From Ginglymostoma cirratum (Eukaryota), in the NCBI GenBank assembly GCA_024137785.1, contig JAHRHZ010000283.1:19123302-19187301 (forward strand): 64,000 bases of DNA, given 5' to 3'. Of this stretch, positions 11,960 to 24,536 are shown piece after piece (within the stretch, counting starts at the first letter, position 1; the number at the start of each line of letters is the position of its first letter). Below the pieces are notes generated by a model. That model did no database searches, was not told where the DNA came from, and saw nothing but the letters and a program-made list of their open reading frames with translations. Position numbers and translations under genes: made by a program.

Positions 11960-13060
11960 ACTATACAGTGCTGGGTTAAAGAACATCTCAGTGGCTGGAA
12001 AAGAATCTAGAAAGGGAATTGGGTTGAACTAGTTGGTGCTCCATGTCAGAAGCAACAACATGGGAGAAATTGAGTAAGAAGGCCTGCTGAAGGATGCTTC
12101 ACGAGTTGCAAGCTCAATCGAAAAAGCAGGGTCTCATCGGTCATCGTCTTGGGATTAGGAAAATCAACATGTGACTAAGGAAGTGTATGCAAGGAAACAG
12201 TTCCATTTTGTGTGACATTGACCCCCATAGTGGGATTAAAATGAACCATAACTTTGAGATGAGCTACTCCCAACTTGGGCTGAGAACCCAGTTCTAGTGG
12301 ATAAGATAACTAGGCGCTGTAAATAAAACTTTAAACTAATAACATAGGGGCGTGCGGGTAAACTGCAAGAACTCCGTTATTAAACAAAGCAGAGAAATAA
12401 TAAAAAAGCGAAAATGGATAACACAAATCGTCAGATATTGGACACAATCATACAGCTGGAAGATAAAATAACTAATTACAATGCTGGAAAAGTAAAACAA
12501 TTAAAAACATTGACACGGCAATATATGTTATATTGAAAACAAAATGATAAACAGGAGTATTGTGGAGAGATATACGTGGAGAGAATCCTGATTTAGTTCT
12601 GATTAGTGAAACATGGTTATGAAGAGAAGAGGATTGGTAACTAAATATTGTACTTATGAAATATAGGAACAGAAGAAAAGAAATGTAGACTATTAGTTAA
12701 ATGAAGCCGGGTCATGGTGGGGAAAAAAATGGTGGAGACAAAATCCATATTGATTGAGTTTAAGTGATTTATCACCCTAATAGGGGTATACCATCTTATA
12801 CATGACCACAAAGACGACGGGGCCATCCACTCCAATTAAATACAGAACCTCCAGTAGGGGTGCACTATAGACCAACAAATAGTGGAATAGAATTGGAGAT
12901 ATAAATGCATTGGCAAGCTTGCGATTCGAGTCGTGGATATAGGGGAGATTTCAACCAATCCTAAGTACCTTGGCAAGAAGATGTGAGAGGAGGAAAGGGA
13001 ATCCATTTTGTGTGGTGTATGCACACGCCTTTATCACTCAGTGGGAGGTGACCTGCCACT
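11960..13060 (+). mobile_element. Ancient CR1 remnant (end of ORF1 and start of the ORF2 endonuclease); continues at ~13980-14400 and ~14590-14920
   Basis: Degenerate CR1-like tracts (gctgtaaataaaactttaaactaat, ataggggtatac, ataggggagatttcaacc, gatcacaaaatagtaaggttcaagatt, ggattggacagggtggat). Confidence 0.5.
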
Positions 13061-14051
13061 GGGATTTGCCTTCAGCAGGGTATTTGTACCTGATATGGCA
13101 AAGTTTACGTTAGTTTCTGTAACATAAGAGTTAAACATGGGTAACATGGTATTGAAAGATTCAGCAGACATTTATTACAGCTCCTGTTATATACTTATAT
13201 TAGGGTTTTGGGCACTTTAGTGTCAAGGCTAATATTAAGCAATTCAGTTAGATGAAGTAGCACACTTGCTTCATGCCTAAAATGTCCCCAGTTTGGATGG
13301 AGCCTAAGACCTTTATACCCTCATGTCACATGCAATGATACAGTGATAGTATTGTGACCATGTCTGTTAAACTGCATATGAACTGTAAGACAGATGATAT
13401 ATAATCAAGTTGATGGATGTCTTACCATGCAGTCTAGCACCACGTGCTTTAAGGAAGGCCCAACATATTAAGCACCAAATAGGTGCTTGTGGCCAGAAGT
13501 GAGTCTTCACCAGGATCACATTCTACAGCTGCCATTCAACCAGAAGTTGGTAGCTGTGTAATACAAGCAGTGCCACTGGGGAATCAATGATCACTGCTGA
13601 CAATGCTCCCGGGTATTCCAAGGAGGCTGAGGGACCACACGTGAGTGTGGTGGCATGTTAAGGGTCAGAGGAAGGATCGAGGATGATAAAGTTGGCAGAA
13701 AAGGCAGGTGACAGGCTCTCAGCAAGGCTCCCTCCCCATCTTCCTGATGCTGGGATACTAAATCAGGCATCAAGTGCCTTTGAAAAGTGACTCCACACCC
13801 CCCTTAGACCACAAGCAAAGCCAAAATGTTTTAATCTGTGGATTTAAAAAGAGAATTATTCATGCAATGTGGGCTAGAATTTATTGCCTAGTCCTTCTAG
13901 ATGGTAGTGTTTGCTGTGCCCACTGCTGTTTGAAAATCAGTCATGGCATCAATACAAATTTGAGATGTCAGTAAGAGAGCGCATTTAATAATAGTGATCA
14001 CAAAATAGTAAGGTTCAAGATTAGGATCGCATAACAGACGTATGATAAATA

Positions 14052-14262
14052 CAGTCGGTTCTGATATAACACGGTAGTTCTGTTCTCATGTGATCTTAAG
14101 TTATAAGAAAATAGCCATGCCATTTAAACTAATGGGGCTGGAAACGTGTTATAGCCAATACAGATAAGGAAAGTTTGCATTCTACGTATAATGTTCTAGA
14201 TTCTTCAATTGCATTAAAGCCAATTCACATTGAAGAAACATGTGTTATAGCAGAACTGACTG
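14052..14262. mobile_element. Tc1/mariner (pogo/Tigger-like) MITE, 211 bp
   Basis: 21 bp TIRs CAGTCGGTTCTGATATAACAC / GTGTTATAGCAGAACTGACTG (2 mismatches); TA on the left, TG on the right. Confidence 0.8.
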
Positions 14263-14921
14263 TGATTTGGAAAAGAGCAAATTATCATCAAATGAGGATG
14301 GGACCAAAGTTTGCAAACAGATAGTCTTGCAAAGCAAAAACAACATAACATGGGTCCTCTTTAAAAAGTAATTATAGAGATCAGAAGAAATGTAATCCAC
14401 TAAAAGGTAACAGAAATTGCGCAAACTGGAAAATACATGTTGATACCAAAGGTCCTGTTGTTTCCAAGAACAGAGTATAGCAAGTCATTCAGGTCAAGAT
14501 GAAATTAGAGATTGAAAACACTTGTTGATCTTGCCAGCGATGTCCTCCATTTCGTGAAAGAAGGAAAAAAGTAATTTCTATTTGGCCTGGTCAGGCTGCA
14601 CTTAAAGTGCCTGCATACTTTTCTTCCCCGTGGAGGGGAACTAAAAAGAGGGAAGCATTGGACATGGTGCAACAGAGATTTATGGGGCTGCTACGAGAAC
14701 TGAGAGAGATTACAGCTGGCAAGAATGATTGACCAGGTCAGAACTACTTTATTCAGAAAAGAGCATTGCAGGTAGTCTGCCAGACATCTCTAATATCATA
14801 AATGGATTGGACAGGGTGGATAGGAGAGAATATTTCCATGGTGGCAAATCCGTATTGAGGGTAATAATGTGAGGTCGTTGTTAAGAAATCTGATAGTGAA
14901 AATAAGGAAACATTTCTTTAT

Positions 14922-15262
14922 GGGGGAGATGATGGCATAATAGTATTATTGCTGGACTGTTAATCCAGATACTCAGGTAATGTTCTTGGGGACCTGAGTT
15001 CAAATCCCAAAGTGGCAGATGGAATTTGAATTCAACAAAAATCTGGAAATAAGAGTCTAAAGATGACCATTATCGATTGTCAGAAAAAACCCATCTGGTT
15101 TACTGCCTTCTTTAGGGAAGGAAACTGGCATCCTTACGTGGTCTGGTCTACACGTGACTCTAGACCCACAGCAATGTGGTTGACTCTTAACTGCTCTCTG
15201 GGAAATGCAATAAATGCTGGTTTAGCCATTTACACTCTTATCCCTAGAATGAATAGAAAAAA
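14922..15262 (+). mobile_element. tRNA-derived SINE (family of 2500-2865)
   Basis: gggggagatgatggcataatagtattattgctggactgttaatccaga...gagttcaaatccc...gcaataaatgctgg...gaatgaatagaaaaaa. Confidence 0.85.
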
Positions 15263-15391
15263 TGAATATTCAGAGAATGGTCAGTTTTTGAAACTTGCTA
15301 CCACACATTTTATTGAAACAAGCAGCTTAGATTGTTTAAAGGGGAAAACAATGATTATATTAGAGAAAGTAGTATAGAAAAATATACAGAG

Positions 15392-15680
15392 AGATGATAC
15401 GGTAGCATAGTGGTTCGCATTGCTGCCTCACAGCACCCAGGGACCGGGGTTCGATACCAACCTAAGGTGACTGTGCGCAGTTTGCAAGTTCTCCCCGTGT
15501 CTGTGTGGGTTTCTGCCATCCTCTGGTACCCTCTGAGAGTCCAAAGACATGCAGGTTAAGTGGATTGGCCATACTAAAAACTGTCCCATATGGCCAGGAA
15601 CGTGCAGGTTAGGTGGGTTAGCCATGAGTTAGTTATGGTGATGGATTGGTCTGGGTGGGATGATCTTTGGTGGCCTCTTT
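15392..15680 (+). mobile_element. HE1-type V-SINE (diverged)
   Basis: acggtagcatagtggttcgcattgctgcctcacagc...ggggttcgatacc; V-domain tract ccaaagacatgcaggttaagtggattggccat. Confidence 0.8.
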
Positions 15681-15769
15681 CTTTGAAGGGTTTCTATAAT
15701 TCTATGAGACAGATGAGGTCAATGATGGAAGGTGACACATTTGCAGTATAACCATTCACATGGTTATGA

Positions 15770-16098
15770 GGGCGGCACGGTGGCACAGTGGTTGGCACTG
15801 CTGCCTCACAGCGCCAAGGACCCGGGTTCGATTCCACTCTCGGGTAACTGTCTGTGTGGAGTTTGCACATTCTCCCCATGTCTGCATGGGTATCCTCCGG
15901 GTACTCCGGTTTCCTCCCACAGTCCAAAGATGTGCAGGTTAGGTGGATTGGCCATGCTAAATTGCCTGTAGTGTCCAGGGATGTGTAGATTAAGCAGGTT
16001 GTAGGGTAATGAGTCTGGATGGGATGCTCCGAGGTTCGGTGTGGACTTGTTGGGCCGAAGGGCCTGTTTCCACACTGTAGGGATTCTATCTATTCTAT
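15770..16098 (+). mobile_element. HE1-type V-SINE, full length
   Basis: A box tggcacagtgg, B box gggttcgattcc, V-domain gtgtggagtttgcacattctcccc...cccacagtccaaagatgtgcaggttagg, CR1-type tail gggccgaagggcctgtttccacactgtagggattcta. Confidence 0.92.
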
Positions 16099-16580
16099 CA
16101 TGGTCTTTTCTGTGCTGCATATTCTCTGTAATTCTAATTCAAGTAATAAGTGAGAAATTTCAGACAATAAGAATGTAGGAAACATCAAGGATGAGGAAAA
16201 AAACAATTTTGCCAATCAAAGCTTGTTCCTCCAGTATCAAAATTCCATCAACTATTTGTCAGAAGGCATCTTAAGCATCTGCAAAGTTTTTGTTTTTACA
16301 ATCCCATTTAAGGAATTGTTTTAAATAACTATCATTTTTAAGAGTAGAAGCTTTTGAGAAAATCTCTCTCAAAACAGTTTCCCAGTAGTCTAAATAATGC
16401 ACCAGTGGTGGGATTTTGGCATAGAAACAGTGGGAGGAGTGGTGGGATAGTATAAACAGATGACATGGGAAGAATGGAATGTGATAAGATCCAAATAAGT
16501 ATCATTGCAATAACGATGTTAATTGCACCACAAATATTTTGTGAGTCTCTGATAGTTTAAAACAAAATAATTAGAAATGC

Positions 16581-16735
16581 GGTAATACAGAGTAGAGCTG
16601 AAGGAAAATTTCTGAAGAAGAGTCTAGGCCCGAAACGTCAGCTTTCCTGCTCCTCTGCTGCTGCCTGGCCTGCTGTGTTCCTACAGCTCCACACTGTGTT
16701 ATCTCAGACTCCAGTGTCGGCAGTTCTTACTATCC
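16581..16735 (+). mobile_element. PLE family A-like insertion with short 5' inverted arm, hammerhead motif (16612-16639) and 14 bp TSD
   Basis: TSD ataattagaaatgc at 16567-16580 and 16736-16749; ctgaagaagagtctaggcccgaaacgtc. Confidence 0.88.
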
Positions 16736-16940
16736 ATAATTAGAAATGCCCTCTGTTAAAGATCTCCTCTGCTAATTGAAACTTATGTGCCACAAAAGTA
16801 GTCTAACACTTGAAGGGTTTAAATGTATCCCTTTGAATCACAATGGAATTTTTAGTTGATCTGCAGCACAATAGTTGCTCAGTAAATGTGTTGTTGACAG
16901 GAGTAAATTAGCTAGCTGCCTAAAACTGGCAGTCATCACT

Positions 16941-17595
16941 AGAACAAAGAAGAACAAAGAAAATTACAGCACAGGAACAGGCCCTTCAGCCCTCCAAGCC
17001 TGTGCCGATCCAGATCCTCTATCTAAACCTGTCACCTATTTTCCAAGGATCTGTATCCCTCTGCTCCCTGCCCATTCATGTATCTGTCTAGATACATCTT
17101 AAATGACGATATCATGCCCACCTCTACCACCTCTGTTGGCAATGCGTTCCAGGCACCACCACCCTCTGCGTAAAGAACTTTCCACGCATATCTCCCTTAA
17201 ACTTTTCCCCTCTCACCTTGAAATCATGACCCCTGGTAATTGAGTCCCCCACTCTGGGAAAAAGCTCCTTGCTATCCACCCTGTCTATACCTCTCATGAT
17301 TTTGTAGACCTCAATCAGGTCCCCCCTCAACCTCCGTCTTTCTAATGTAAATAATTCTAATCTACTCAACCTCTCTTCATAGCTAGCACCCTTCATACCA
17401 GGCAACATCCTGGTGAACCTCCTCAAAAGGTTCACCCTCTCCAAAGCATCCACATCCTTTTGGTAATGTGGCGACCAGAACTGTACGCAGTATTCCAAAT
17501 GTGGTCGAACCAAAGTCCTATACAACTGTAACATGATCTGCCAAATCTTGTACTCAATACCCCGTCCGATGAATGAAAGCATGCCGTATGCCTTC
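16941..17595 (-). mobile_element. CR1-clade LINE 3' end
   Basis: ORF 17124-17597(-) AYGMLSFIGRGIEYK...LVRPHLEYCVQFWSP...RRRLRGDLIEVYKIM; (ttctttg)-type tail. Confidence 0.93.
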
Positions 17596-17633
17596 ATAAT
17601 AACACTAACACTAGATAACCCTGATTCTGATTA

Positions 17634-17990
17634 GGGGGAGGCAATGGCCTAGTGGTATTATCACTGTACTGTTAATCCAGAGACCAGATAATGTACTGGG
17701 GACCTGGGTTTGAATTCTGCCATGGCAGATGGAGGAATTTGAATTCAATAAAGTATCTGGAATTAAAAGTCTAATGATGACCATGAATCCATTGCCAATT
17801 GTTGGAAAAATCCACCTCATGTCCTTTAGGGAAAGAAACTACCATCCTTACCTGGTCTGGTCAACATGTGACTCCAGACCCACAGCAATGTGGTTGACTC
17901 TTATCTGCCCTATGGGCAATTAGGGATGGGCAATAAATGCTGCCCGGCCAGTGACGCTTTCATCCTGTGAATGAATAAAGAATAAAAAAA
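17634..17990 (+). mobile_element. tRNA-derived SINE (family of 2500-2865), full length
   Basis: ggggaggcaatggcctagtggtattatc...gggtttgaattctgcc...gggcaattagggatgggcaataaatgc...aataaaaaaa. Confidence 0.88.
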
Positions 17991-20259
17991 TTATCCCATC
18001 TACCTGACAGGAACACAGCAGCCAAGTAGCGAAAATAACGCTGGTCTACTTGTCACTGCATTCAAAACATGGCTGTTGGCATTTTAAATGACACAGTTTG
18101 GGGCAGGCGGGGGCGGCCCGCAGTTACCTTCATGTATGTTTTCAATTCTGAGTCCTTTGTTGCCATTCAGAACAATAAACTATTTTAATTTAAAATTGCA
18201 GATATCCTACCCAGTGTGTGAACCAGCAGCAATACACAGTGGGATTAATCTGTCAGAAATATTTGGTTCTGAAGATTTTGTAATGGTGGAAAGCAGACTT
18301 TTAATGGCAGCAACACTGAGCATGTCGATCAATGTTGTGACTGTTCGAAGTCTATGTTCAATGCTTTTACAATGTGATTCCCTCAAGTTGCTATTTTTAC
18401 TCCAGTGTTTACACTGTCACTGGAGAAAAAATGACAGGAATATTCCTTCTGATGTGAATTTCCAACTTGGAAAAATGATCCAAGTGGCTGCTCACATACA
18501 CCAACTTATCTACTGATAAACTAAACTTAGCCCACTCAGTATCATTCAGGAAGTTCTGCTATTTAGCCAAAAACAGACCAACATGCAGTCACTGGATAAG
18601 AATATAGTTTCCTCAGTGTTAGCTACAAAGTCCAATTAAATGGCAAGATGGTGACACTATGTCCTCATTTTCATCTTTTACAAATTTAATTCTCGGAACT
18701 CTATACCACAGTGTCATATTGACACTGCTAAACCTATCTTTCTTCACATGGAACCATTTGCCTTTTCTGAGAAAGGTAGCTAATTCCAGCTAATGTCAAA
18801 CTTAGATAAGAGTCCTGCACCATAATGATATATTCAAAAGCAGACTGTACAGAGATCTTCCAGCTTCACTGTTAATGTTACATGAATAACTACATACCAT
18901 ATAGTCAGGACCAAAAGCAATACGCATTTTTGAAATTATACCCTTCCAACTGGGTCAATGAAAAATCGCAATTATAGAAAATGCCAGTTGTCTTCTCTCA
19001 TTTTTGGCAAACCTTTTCCTATTGATCATCTCTTCATAACCCTGTGCTAATAATTTCTCTTACTTTTAAGGATAACTTAATGTCTCTCATTAATTGGCAA
19101 TAAGATGCTGGTCAGTGGGATTGCCTTCCTGTCCCATGAGTCTCTCTGTGATATGTGAAGACACCCATTCCCATGTCTTTCCTAGCTGCAACATTGAGCC
19201 CTCCTCCATGAAGCTGGCAGCCTTGCCAAGTGTCAGAGCACCAGCCCCACACCATCTTTATGCTACGGTTGTATTTAATAGTCTCAATATGGTCTTTTAG
19301 TGTGCATATTGTTTGCCACCGTGGATCAGTCAGCACCCTACTCACCACCTAACCACTGTGTCTGGAATGGCATTGGGGAACCACATTGCTATGACTCTCT
19401 GTGATTTTGCCAGGCGATTCTGACTTCTCTTACTGACTCTGTGGACTCGCAAAACACAGTGGATGCAACTTTCATTTCCTTTGCTTGGATGATAAACTAC
19501 TGCAAGGGATCATGGCCAGTATAGAACCTACCTGATTATTAAATCCCTTGCTTGAAATTAAAGTTGTGAGAAATGGTACATTGACAAAAGGAAAAATAAA
19601 AATCATGGTCCAAGTAGTTCACCATTTAGTACACTGGGATTCTACAATAATAACAAGAGTTGCTGACCAATTGTAACCTGCAATCTGTATATTAATTAGT
19701 CCACAACAGACCCAGACACTGGATAAGGAAGAAGACCAGAGGTGAAGAAATTTAGGAATCATACATTCAAAGTTAACAGATGGGTAATCTGCTCTGCAAA
19801 TTTACCAGTGGTAAAGGTGTAAATGAATCCAGTTGAGATTGCTCCTTGTTTGAACTTTGCGTTGCATGACAAAAAAGTATTGGGAGTTTCCAAACCACTG
19901 CACTATTTTTCGTATTTATGATGTGCATTATTTCAATAGTGCTTTCATGTATTTGTGAATTCTAATTTGCGTGTTTGGCATTGGTCTACACTGAAACTTT
20001 CTGTCAATGGACAGATACAATTAGCCAGAGTTGACAGCAGATACTTTGTTGTAGATCTCTCATTTTTGTATAAAATTGGAGCACATGATGGATTTTAGCC
20101 ACAGATAAAAGTGGAAAATAATTCCTATATGTAGTCCAAAACAGCTGCACAAATGTATGGCCATTCACTGGCTAACTTAGAATAGTTTAATTCTTTCAAA
20201 TCCTACACAACTGTACATAATTGTTGCAGCATTTTGTTTCATAAAGAATGTTTTGCTGT

Positions 20260-20520
20260 TCATTGGTAGTACACTTTCATTTGAATCAGATGATAATAGG
20301 CTTGAGCCCTATCCCAAAGGCTTTCAGACAGAACTTAAACTGATACTGCAATACAGAGGCAGATCTCCATTCAGTAATGTTCATTTGAGTCCCACTCTGC
20401 CTGCTAAGTGGATGTACAAGATCCCATGGGACTATTTTGAAGGGGAGCAGGGGAAGTTATCCTAATATCCTCAGTCAATATTTATGCCTCAGTAAAAATA
20501 TCAGATTATCTGTTCGTGAT
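20260..20520 (+). mobile_element. Deu-domain SINE, degenerate
   Basis: ggatgtacaagatcccatgggactattttgaaggggagcaggggaagttatcctaatatcctcagtcaatatttatgcctcag...cagattatctg. Confidence 0.65.
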
Positions 20521-20524
20521 CTCA

Positions 20525-21514
20525 GTTTTTTAATTCATTCATGGGATATGTGTGTCACTGACTGGACTAGCATTTATTGGCCATTCCTAATTGCCCATAG
20601 GGCAGTTAAGCATCAAATACATTGCTGTTGGTCTGAAGTCACGTATAGGCTAGTTTAGCTAAAGATGGCAGTTTCCTTCCCTAAACAAAGAAACCTAGAA
20701 GGTAGGAGCAAACGTAGAAAGTAGGCGCAGGAGGAGGCCATTTGGCCCTTTGAGCCTGCTCCACCATTCTTCATGATCATGGCTGATTGCCCAACTCAAT
20801 AGCCTAATCCTGCTTTCTCCCCATTACCTTTGACCTCATTCACCCCATGTGCTACATCTCGCTGCTTCTTGAATACATTCAAATGTTTTGGCATCAGCTA
20901 CTTCCTGTGGTAATGAATTCCACAGGCTCACCTCTCTGGGTGAAGAAATGTCTCTTCATCTCTGTCCTAAATGGTCTACCGTGTTTCCTTGGACTATAAC
21001 CTCTGGTCCTGGGCACACCCAACATTGGGAACATTCTCCCTGCATCCGCCCTGTCTAGTCCAGTTTAAAATTTTATAAGTCTCTATGAGAATCCCCCTCA
21101 ATTGTCTAAACTCCAGTGAAAAATAGTCAATCTGTACTCATACATCAGTCCCGCCATCCCCGGAATCAGCCCGGTAAACCTTCGTTGCACTCTCGAGAGA
21201 GCAAGTGCATCCTTCCTCAGAAAAGGAGACCGAAACTGCACACTGTATTCTAGGTATGGCCTCACCAAGGCCCTGTATAACTGCAACAACACATCCCTGT
21301 TCCTTTACTCAAAACCTCTCGCAATGGAGGCCAACGTACTATTTGCTTTTATTTACGACCTAAGGACATTAGTGAGCCAGATGGGTCTTTTTCCCTGACA
21401 ATGGATTATCGTTAGACTCTCGATTTTTATTGAATTCAAATTCTATGACAGGATTTGAACCCAGGTCTCTGAATTAATTGTCCAGCCATAATACCACTAG
21501 GCCATTGCCTCCCC
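20525..21514 (-). mobile_element. tRNA-derived SINE (20525-20684 plus 21359-21514) split by a CR1 insertion
   Basis: SINE sequence stops at gtttccttccctaa and resumes at cctaaggacattagtg; head ataccactaggccattgcctcccc ends at 21514. Confidence 0.8.
20690..21355 (-). mobile_element. CR1-clade LINE 3' end nested in the SINE
   Basis: ORF 21098-21292(-) LLQLYRALVRPYLEYSVQFRSP...RVQRRFTGLIPG. Confidence 0.9.
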
Positions 21515-22313
21515 GTTCCAGTCTATGTAGAACTTCACTTTGCCAAAGAGTTTAGCAATGATGCTCATCTACCTATCTGGGTGGGCCACAGAACACAAGG
21601 AATTTTCACCAGCTGCAGGAGCAGTTCGTACAAGAGTTAAATAATTCAAAGCCCATACAAAATTAAATCAAGCTACCTTTATAGTTTTAGGCAATAAATT
21701 GGCTCAGGAGTTGAACTTTGAACTTTTCCGATGTTGGATAGCCTCTAACGTCTTTTTGTCATTGATGTGATTCTGTGGAATGAGTACAGCTTGAATGATG
21801 TCTTGCCAGTTTGACGTCTTATTCATTCTGTAACATAAGTCACAGTACTGGAATACTTTTCTTACATTGAGTGTTTTGAAGACAATTGTTAGCCTCTTAT
21901 ATAAGTAATTCCGGATGTCGGTTTGGGCATGCCTGGCAATAGAAAGCTGCTACACAGGAAGTGCAAATTGCATTTCTGCACATGAGATAAATTACACGAA
22001 AATGTGTTGCTATGAAATTCAATAATGATGATGAATCTGCAAGTCAGCATTACTTGAAGGGACAAAATGGAGCGAGAAAATTGAATTCCTTTATAACACT
22101 GGGGTGTTGATGTCATTGAGAATTGGACTGGACCTGACTGGTGATCTGGAATCTATTAACTGTCTCTGATTTTCATGCTTGCTAAGCTTCACTGAAGTTC
22201 ATTCACAGGACAGTTTTGTCTGTGATTTTTAAATCTGTGTCCTCTGTCCAGCTCAAAATGTGGAATTTTACCAAAGTTAGGTCTCGTAAGGATCTTACAT
22301 GGAATTATCTCAT

Positions 22314-22612
22314 TGTGCAGCTTCATGTGTTAGTGACTAATGAGCATCGGTGTATTAATATCAGCAAAAATACATATTACTATAATGCTACAGTTTAGCT
22401 GGTTGAATCTGAAAGATTTGAGAAATAATCTGCTATTCTGGGTGACCTGTTAAGTCTCAATAAATGTTGACCTCTGAGACAGGAGACATCATTCCCTTGA
22501 AAAAGTTCATAGACTTAAAGAAAATACCTTCGGACACCCCAAAGTACTTTACAGCCAATTAAACAGTTTTGAAAAGGAAACACTGTTGCCGTGCAAGAAA
22601 CATAGGAATTTT
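22314..22612 (+). repeat. Copy 1 of an old ~300 bp local duplication (copy 2 at 23606-23916)
   Basis: Colinear blocks shared with copy 2: cttcatgtgtta, tttagctggttg, tgctattctgggtga, ctcaataaa, cccaaag.actttacag, ggaaaca.tgttg, aggaatttt. Confidence 0.85.
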
Positions 22613-23605
22613 CTGCTGCCTTGAATGGCATGAGTAATGGTGAGAAAGTCCGGAAAATACATCACAAAAATGAAAAAAATTGGAATCTCAAAATTGTGAA
22701 ATAAAATTGGATGTTCACTTTAAGGTTTAAATGGTGAGGTCAAAGTCTTGCTAATAAGCAGCTACTATGCGAATTCCATGCATCTGCATCTCATTTATAG
22801 TCAGGCCAGCCTCGTTTCTGTGCAACATCCGATTATTCTCACTTTCCGTAGAAACTGGATGTTGCCAACTCCCTACGTGAAACTCACAGCAATTACTTGA
22901 CAGCAGCTGCTTGCTGCTTACTTCTCCAGGCTTTCATCTAATTCCGTCTTCACCGCAATGTCACTGTTTGCCCCATGGACATCAAACTCCTTCATCTTGT
23001 CCACGCAGGTTAGTAATGAAACCACTAGCCCCACCACATCATCATGTCTGCTCTCAGACCAATCCGCACACCACTTCAGCCCTTCAACATTTGGAAAATT
23101 ATAATCTAATAAAACAGTGTCAGCATGGCTTCATGAAATGGAAATAGTGTCTGACAAATTTATTAAAGTTTTTCAAGGAATTTTTAACCAGGGTGGATGG
23201 AGGGGGTGGATATATTGTATTTGGCCTTCCATTAGATGTTTGACAAAGTATCTCATGAAAGGTAAGATAAGAGCCCATAAGATAAGAGCCCACGGGTGTT
23301 GGAGGTAATATATTGGCATGGAAAGAGACTTGTGTAATGGGCAAGAAACAACGAGTGGGAATAAAGGGTTCTTTTCCAGGTTGCCAACCTGTAATCAAGT
23401 GGGGTTCCACGGGGATCAGTGCTGGAACAGTTACAATATATATTAATGATTTGGAGGAAGGAAGTGAATGTACTGTATCCAAATTTGTAGATTACACAAA
23501 AATAGGTGGACAGTCAGGTTGTGAGAGGGATACAAACAATTTACAGGGAGAGAATGGTAGGTTACGTAAGTTAGCGAATGGAGTATAATTTGGGAAAATG
23601 GGAAG

Positions 23606-23916
23606 TGTGCATCTTCATGTGTTAATTATTAATGGTCGGTATATTAAGATCAAACAAAAACACTTGTTGCTGTAATGCTGTAGTTTAGCTGGTTGGATGT
23701 GAACGAATTGAGGAATGATTTGCTATTCTGGGTGATTTGTTCAGTAGGCTTCTCAATAAACTGTGCACTTTGAAAGAGGAGATATCATTCTCTATTGAAA
23801 AACCGTAGATTTATATTGCACCCGCCAAAACATCCAGACATCCCAAAGCACTTTACAGTTAATTAAGTAGTTTTGAAGAGGAAACATTGTTGTCATGTAA
23901 GAAACTTAGGAATTTT
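23606..23916 (+). repeat. Copy 2 of the local duplication, inserted inside the CR1
   Basis: Colinear with 22314-22612; CR1 sequence stops at gaagtgtgca and resumes at ttttggaatacagaat. Confidence 0.85.
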
Positions 23917-24025
23917 GGAATACAGAATAAAAGAACAGAATTGTATCTTAATAGAGAAAAACTGCAGGAAGCTGCAATACAAGGGGACTTGAGAGTATTT
24001 GTATAAGAAAACACAGAAAGCTAGT

Positions 24026-24136
24026 AAGCGTGGGGCTGGATGAACACAGCAGGTCAAGCAGCATCATCGGAGCAGGAAAACTTGACGTTTCGGGCCTAGA
24101 CCCTTCATCAGAAGGGTCTAGGCCTGAAACGTCAAG
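24026..24136. mobile_element. PLE family A hairpin abutting an assembly gap; intact hammerhead motif on the minus strand (24084-24111)
   Basis: cttgacgtttcgggcctagacccttc-atca-gaagggtctaggcctgaaacgtcaag near-perfect palindrome; reverse complement CUGAUGAAGGGUCUAGGCCCGAAACGUC. Confidence 0.88.
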
Positions 24137-24536
24137 NNNNNNNNNNNNNNNNNNNNNNNNNNNNNNNNNNNNNNNNNNNNNNNNNNNNNNNNNNNNNNNN
24201 NNNNNNNNNNNNNNNNNNNNNNNNNNNNNNNNNNNNNNNNNNNNNNNNNNNNNNNNNNNNNNNNNNNNNNNNNNNNNNNNNNNNNNNNNNNNNNNNNNNN
24301 NNNNNNNNNNNNNNNNNNNNNNNNNNNNNNNNNNNNNNNNNNNNNNNNNNNNNNNNNNNNNNNNNNNNNNNNNNNNNNNNNNNNNNNNNNNNNNNNNNNN
24401 NNNNNNNNNNNNNNNNNNNNNNNNNNNNNNNNNNNNNNNNNNNNNNNNNNNNNNNNNNNNNNNNNNNNNNNNNNNNNNNNNNNNNNNNNNNNNNNNNNNN
24501 NNNNNNNNNNNNNNNNNNNNNNNNNNNNNNNNNNNN
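24137..24536. other. Assembly gap (400 N)
   Basis: Run of N. Confidence 1.

Noticed and set aside
15770-15845. tRNA-like sequence with A and B boxes
   Set aside because: SINE head continuing into the V-domain and LINE tail, not a tRNA gene
18088-18516. 142 aa ORF in unique sequence
   Set aside because: No recognisable domain or consistent exon structure; composition looks like random AT-rich DNA
22022-22140. ATGATGA...CTGA as a C/D box snoRNA
   Set aside because: No terminal stem or recognisable rRNA/snRNA guide; these boxes occur often by chance
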